DNA of 64,000 nt from a virus: the IMG/VR virus record IMGVR_UViG_3300043420_001819, positions 19,428-83,427 of that record. The stretch is one strand, 5' to 3'. The translations under genes and the position numbers were made by a program. Below the pieces are notes generated by a model. That model did no database searches. It saw only the letters and a program-made list of their open reading frames with translations, and was not told where the DNA came from. Every line of letters begins with the position of its first letter. Within the stretch, counting starts at the first letter, position 1. This document shows, one piece after another, positions 60,154 to 64,000 of this stretch.

Positions 60154-60258
60154 ATGGCTAGAAACCCTAGAAAACATAAAAGAGTAAAATCTGAACCTTT
60201 CCAAGGTAAGAAAAGACTTAAAAGGTTAAATGCTACTAACTTGTTAATTAATAATTAA
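60154..60258 (+). CDS. Unannotated 34-aa basic peptide
   Basis: SD AAGGA; MARNPRKHKRVKSEPFQGKKRLKRL... Confidence 0.45.
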   Translation: MARNPRKHKRVKSEPFQGKKRLKRLNATNLLINN

Positions 60259-60280
60259 TTTACTTGACATTTATTATTAA

Positions 60281-60310
60281 TTAAGCATATATTGTTAACT
60301 ATGGTATAAT
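60281..60310 (+). promoter_or_regulatory. Promoter of the RNA cluster
   Basis: TTAAGC...TGGTATAAT extended -10; TTGACA also at 60264. Confidence 0.7.
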
Positions 60311-60420
60311 ATATCTACAAAAGCATCGGGGATTCTCGATGGACGGGGTGGCCACTCGTTTCTGTATCTGTATTAGGCAGTGTAAATCTGAACAAAATGA
60401 TATTATATTCCACCATTTGT

Positions 60421-60496
60421 CGCACCGTAGGGAAGAGGTCATCCCGTGAGGCTCATAACCTCAAGATCGTAGGTTCGAATCCTACCGGAGCAACCA
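60421..60496 (+). tRNA. tRNA-Met(CAT), initiator-like
   Basis: Cloverleaf, anticodon loop CTCATAA, GTTCGAATC T-loop, encoded CCA, C1:A72 mismatch. Confidence 0.92.
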
Positions 60497-60504
60497 AAAT
60501 AAGA

Positions 60505-61245
60505 TTGATACATACCATTCCAGGGCTTAGTTGGTGCCCGTACTTCAATAGAGGTAAAAATGGACTAACTAGGGAATGGTATCTACCAGTCTTCATATAA
60601 GACTGACCGCTCTCAACTGAATAACTAACTAATGAAGGTTGAGCCTTGTTGGATGGGTAGTTACATCGTGAACAAGCGTGTAGGTGGAAATCCTATCAGA
60701 TACGGTACGAAGAAAGAGATTGAGTTCTCTATACAAGCTGTATCAAATCGGTTGAAATATTACCGTTACCCAAAGTTTATCTTTGGTGTCTCCGCCGAAA
60801 GGTGAGAGGATTGGATTTTTAGTGAGTTCTTCCGTACATTGAATGAAGTCTCTAGTTAGTTATAGTATTTGCCAATACATCGTCATATAACTTTAACGAA
60901 CACTATGCAACGGTTAGTAGATGCGAGACTTCATTTAGTGTATATAATGAAGGGATTGAATAATTTTATACAAAGTATAAAATTGAAATAAATAGTATAT
61001 CGCTCGTACGGCCTCTCAACGATGCACACTGCTTCGGGCTTGTTAGGTTCTGAACAAAAACATTTGGTAGGTTATACCAGTGAACAAAAACAGAAACCTT
61101 GCGAGTAACATTCGTTAATGATAATGTAAAGTTCCTAGCCTCGAAGGTGCACCTCGACTAGGTCATTAACCGTTGGGTTAAATCGTACTACGGTATATAA
61201 AAGAACACGATGGCGTTCACTGAGTATTCGGGGGACGAGTCTCTG
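60505..61245 (+). ncRNA. Large structured non-coding RNA (one or two RNAs)
   Basis: No credible ORF; many stems incl. 18-bp 60835-60852/60925-60942 with G-U pairs on plus strand, GAAA tetraloop, T-loop-like hairpin, pseudoknot. Confidence 0.7.
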
Positions 61246-61262
61246 TATAATAAAGGATTTTT

Positions 61263-61679
61263 GTGGACGCACAACAACTTATAGATATTCACAAACAACC
61301 AAGTATCAATGAAGAGTACGTTGAAACTTGTGTAGATAATTGGGATAATATTAAAGTTGAACATAGACTTATAAATTCTAGCTTTTTATACAGTATTATA
61401 CCTGCTATTGAAAAGTATGATATGGTACAAAGAGTATGGATTGCTATGAATGGATTAGTTAGAATTAATCTAAAAGGTTTTGATGGCTATGATAGAGTAT
61501 CAGATATATCATTACATCCTAACAAAGGTTATTTCTCAATCATAAGAAGTCTTGATGAAGAAGTCAGAATATGTGAAAACGCTATTATAAGCATTATACT
61601 AGATGAGATTACACGAATTCAAAGCTATTTTCCTAGAAAGAAGTTATTTGAAGATTTTTATGATGAAGAGGAAGAGTAA
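61263..61679 (+). CDS. Hypothetical protein embedded in RNA cluster
   Basis: SD AAAGGA, GTG start, 138 aa. Confidence 0.6.
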   Translation: MDAQQLIDIHKQPSINEEYVETCVDNWDNIKVEHRLINSSFLYSIIPAIEKYDMVQRVWIAMNGLVRINLKGFDGYDRVSDISLHPNKGYFSIIRSLDEEVRICENAIISIILDEITRIQSYFPRKKLFEDFYDEEEE

Positions 61680-61689
61680 ATCTTATAAA

Positions 61690-62010
61690 TAAATCCAATA
61701 CTGTGAAGCGGGGTTACGATGCTTAGCGTTTAGTAAGCCCTCGATGGTTGAATACCGTTATCGTCTCGCTTCCACTTTATTAATACATCTCATTACAGTT
61801 CCATTCAGCATCCGAACTTTGACAAGGATGTTGATAGAGTTGTAATGTTCCGAAAAGTCAAAGATGGACAGCCTGTTGATGTTAAATCCAATTCCGTGAA
61901 GCAGGTGGTGTTCTCATTGCAAAACTCGAAGGATGACACATAATAAATTAAGGAATTGGTACTTTATCACGTAAGACTATACCATCGAAAGATAGGCTAT
62001 AGCTGTGATT
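61690..62010 (+). ncRNA. Cluster of small structured RNA elements
   Basis: Closed stems 61703-61775, 61791-61863 (pseudoknot), CCAATTCC/GGAATTGG; duplicated leader motif. Confidence 0.55.
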
Positions 62011-62027
62011 GGTTTTTATCATTGATG

Positions 62028-62112
62028 TTGATTGTAGAATGAACTAGTAGCTACTAGTCTGGACAATTCGCCTATTAAGGAGAATCAGGTTCGAATCCTG
62101 ACAGTCATCACA
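62028..62112 (+). ncRNA. Aberrant tRNA-like element
   Basis: Perfect T-arm TCAGG-TTCGAAT-CCTGA, acceptor-like and D stems, truncated anticodon arm, no CCA. Confidence 0.6.
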
Positions 62113-62146
62113 AAACACAACTTAAATAAATTCTAAAAGGAATTAA

Positions 62147-62662
62147 ATGAAAAAGTTTTTAACACTTTGTTTGGCACTTGCTACTTCAACCTTGTTTGCA
62201 GGGGGATACACAGAACAAGAACCAGAAATCACTGGTAAAACTGGATTCTACATTGGTGGTTTTGGTCAACAAAATCTATATGGTGGAACTGCTGACAACT
62301 CTCAAGGGCTTGGACTAGTAGTAGGGTATGAGTATGGGCTTTTAGGACCAATTAATGTTGGTGCAGAGGGACGTGTAAGTAAAACTAACACGTACAATGA
62401 TAACATTGTTAGTTACACAGGATTAGTAAAAGCAGGACTTGAGATTGGAAACATTGAACCTTATGCATTAGGGGGATACCAGCTTTCTGATACTTCGTTT
62501 GGCTCTGATAATAATGCTTTTGTATACGGTGGTGGTATTTCTGCTGATGTAAACTGTAGAACAAAAGTATTTGCTGATTACCTAGTGAACGCTGATTTGA
62601 AAGAAGGTGGAGATAAAATCTCTCATGATACTGTAACAATCGGTATTAAATACCTCTTCTAA
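62147..62662 (+). CDS. Outer membrane beta-barrel protein (8-strand OmpA/Ail-like)
   Basis: Signal peptide MKK...LFA, amphipathic strands, PYALGG, C-terminal IGIKYLF beta-signal. Confidence 0.85.
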   Translation: MKKFLTLCLALATSTLFAGGYTEQEPEITGKTGFYIGGFGQQNLYGGTADNSQGLGLVVGYEYGLLGPINVGAEGRVSKTNTYNDNIVSYTGLVKAGLEIGNIEPYALGGYQLSDTSFGSDNNAFVYGGGISADVNCRTKVFADYLVNADLKEGGDKISHDTVTIGIKYLF

Positions 62663-62668
62663 AACTAG

Positions 62669-62690
62669 CAAGGTTCTTTTGAGAACCTTG
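62669..62690 (+). terminator. Hairpin terminator after OMP gene
   Basis: CAAGGTTCT-TTTG-AGAACCTTG. Confidence 0.65.
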
Positions 62691-62758
62691 TGCCTCCTTT
62701 TAAGTTTCCTCTAAGCTACTTTCCTTTATAATCTACTTTCAAAAAACAAGGAAAGCAC

Positions 62759-62980
62759 ATGAAAAAACACAAAAAATATTTTACAGACCTATTAGAAATG
62801 GCAGAAACTGCCGCACTCGGATTAGTAATCATCGCAACAATCTATTCTATGGTAATCGTTGCTGGTTATTACCTACTTGGAACTCCAGAATCTATACTCA
62901 TAGAAGCTAAAATACTCGCATTACTAGGGTGGTCTTTCATACTCATGAAGATTGCTGCTTGGTTTAAAGAATTACTATGA
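62759..62980 (+). CDS. Small membrane protein (2 TM)
   Basis: SD AAGGA, hydrophobic helices. Confidence 0.6.
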   Translation: MKKHKKYFTDLLEMAETAALGLVIIATIYSMVIVAGYYLLGTPESILIEAKILALLGWSFILMKIAAWFKELL

Positions 62981-63050
62981 AAAACATAGACTTCGACTAC
63001 CTCCTCGTAGTTATTATCATAGTAACATTCATTTACCTAAAAGGATTTTA

Positions 63051-63278
63051 ATGAAACTGGCCAAAAGGAAAATAAGTTTTGATAGACTATCATTAATCTT
63101 AACAACACTGAACAAAGACTTAGTAGATAACATACAAGTAACTTCATGGTGGGGAGAAGCAACTTTAAAAATAGGAATCAGTGAGTACTCTGTAGACTAC
63201 AGCGAAGATGGCTTAGGGAAACTACAAGAGCTACTAAGTGCCTGTTCAGTTCCTGTTACTTTCTCCTTCATATCTTAA
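63051..63278 (+). CDS. Hypothetical protein (start revised to 63051)
   Basis: SD AAAGGA before ATG 63051. Confidence 0.5.
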   Translation: MKLAKRKISFDRLSLILTTLNKDLVDNIQVTSWWGEATLKIGISEYSVDYSEDGLGKLQELLSACSVPVTFSFIS

Positions 63279-63297
63279 CCTATCATAAAAGTCCCTT

Positions 63298-63449
63298 CTA
63301 AGTTCTTGTCGGGACTCCTTCACTTTCTTTTCTAAATTTATTTTCGTTTTTAGTTCTTGTAAGTTTTTGTAAGCACCTGGTAAGTTTTTGTTAATGCCTG
63401 TAAGCACCTGTAAGCACCTGTAAGCACCTGCTAAGTTCTTGTCGGGACT
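63298..63449. repeat. Decamer tandem array with 19-bp direct repeats at its ends
   Basis: TAAGCACCTG x4 plus TAAGTTYTTG-type variants at ~10-bp period; CTAAGTTCTTGTCGGGACT at 63298 and 63431. Confidence 0.9.
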
Positions 63450-63711
63450 GATATACCCTTTGAGTTCGTAAAATACACACTACGACTTCCGGAAAACTTA
63501 AAGGAAACTTAAACCTCCCCTCTTGGTGTTACTTTTTGGTACAGGTGAGTAAGTGTGTTACCTTTTGATACAATTTTATTTTTTTAATTACATAGAAGTA
63601 ATCTTTAAGTTTCTTTTAAGTTTTATTATGGTTATGCGTGTGCGTGTTCCTATAATCGCATGACAGAAAAAAAAGTTACATGTGTAACTTGTTAAAAATT
63701 AAAAAAGAAAC

Positions 63712-63740
63712 TTGACAATTAAGCAAAATTCATATAAAAT
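63712..63740 (+). promoter_or_regulatory. Strong sigma70 promoter
   Basis: TTGACA-17bp-TAAAAT with A-rich upstream element. Confidence 0.75.
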
Positions 63741-63811
63741 GCGTATTACATAACAGGACATGAGGCGACGGGCAACCGTCCAACATAAATAATATAAAAG
63801 GAAAAAAGAAG

Positions 63812-64000
63812 ATGACAGCATTACAAATCAAAAAAGAGTTTATAAGCATAGCAAAGGCAGTAAACAAAACAGAAGGACAATTAGCGAAGGCAATCAGGGA
63901 CACTCTTGAAGCGACTTTGACAGATGAACAACTAAAAGAGATTAAGGACACTATAAACGAAAATTATAGCGCATCATTTTCTAAAAGGATATTAGGAACA
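63812..64000 (+). CDS. Hypothetical protein, runs off window end
   Basis: SD AAAGGA, open frame MTALQIKKEF... to end. Confidence 0.65.
   Translation, partial: MTALQIKKEFISIAKAVNKTEGQLAKAIRDTLEATLTDEQLKEIKDTINENYSASFSKRILGT

Noticed and set aside
60327-60415. tmRNA (GGGG start, TCCACCA end)
   Set aside because: Too short, no T-arm before TCCACCA and no tag reading frame
60397-60600. 67-aa ORF from the ORF track
   Set aside because: Overlaps the tRNA and structured RNA; no SD
60505-62010. Group I intron or RNase P RNA
   Set aside because: No convincing P7 (GACTA/TAGTC) pair with flanking exons and no GAGGAAAGTCC; left as unclassified ncRNA
1-64000. Stop-codon reassignment
   Set aside because: Genes are full length and tightly packed under the standard code; TAA, TAG and TGA all appear as stops

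Overview
A 64-kb segment of an AT-rich, large tailed-phage genome. It looks siphovirus-like: HK97-fold capsid, portal and protease, a long tape measure protein, and no sheath gene seen. The host is probably Campylobacterota, inferred from promoter architecture, an NrdB and an outer-membrane beta-barrel gene. Left to right: (1) a minus-strand recombination/replication block (sigma28-like sigma factor, Rad50/Mre11, acyl carrier protein, SSB, dNMP kinase, 5'-3' exonuclease); (2) a plus-strand plasmid-type primase-Rep and RuvC; (3) a ~41-kb minus-strand virion/lysis operon with an unusually large adhesin/fibre cluster, including three 7-bladed FG-GAP propellers; (4) a divergently transcribed terminase and nucleotide-metabolism genes (MazG-like, NrdB, GroES, dCMP deaminase, ATP-dependent ligase, phosphoesterase); (5) a ~1.8-kb region rich in structured non-coding RNA (tRNA-fMet, a ~740-nt structured RNA, pseudoknots, an aberrant tRNA-like element), an OMP gene and a decamer repeat array. 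Most notable: the structured ncRNA cluster; the blade-shuffled FG-GAP propeller triplet; a 29-bp ori-like motif shared by the rep upstream region and the portal/terminase junction; and an ACGATWAT promoter motif that fits the phage sigma28-like factor. All calls come from reading motifs by eye; no database searches were run.
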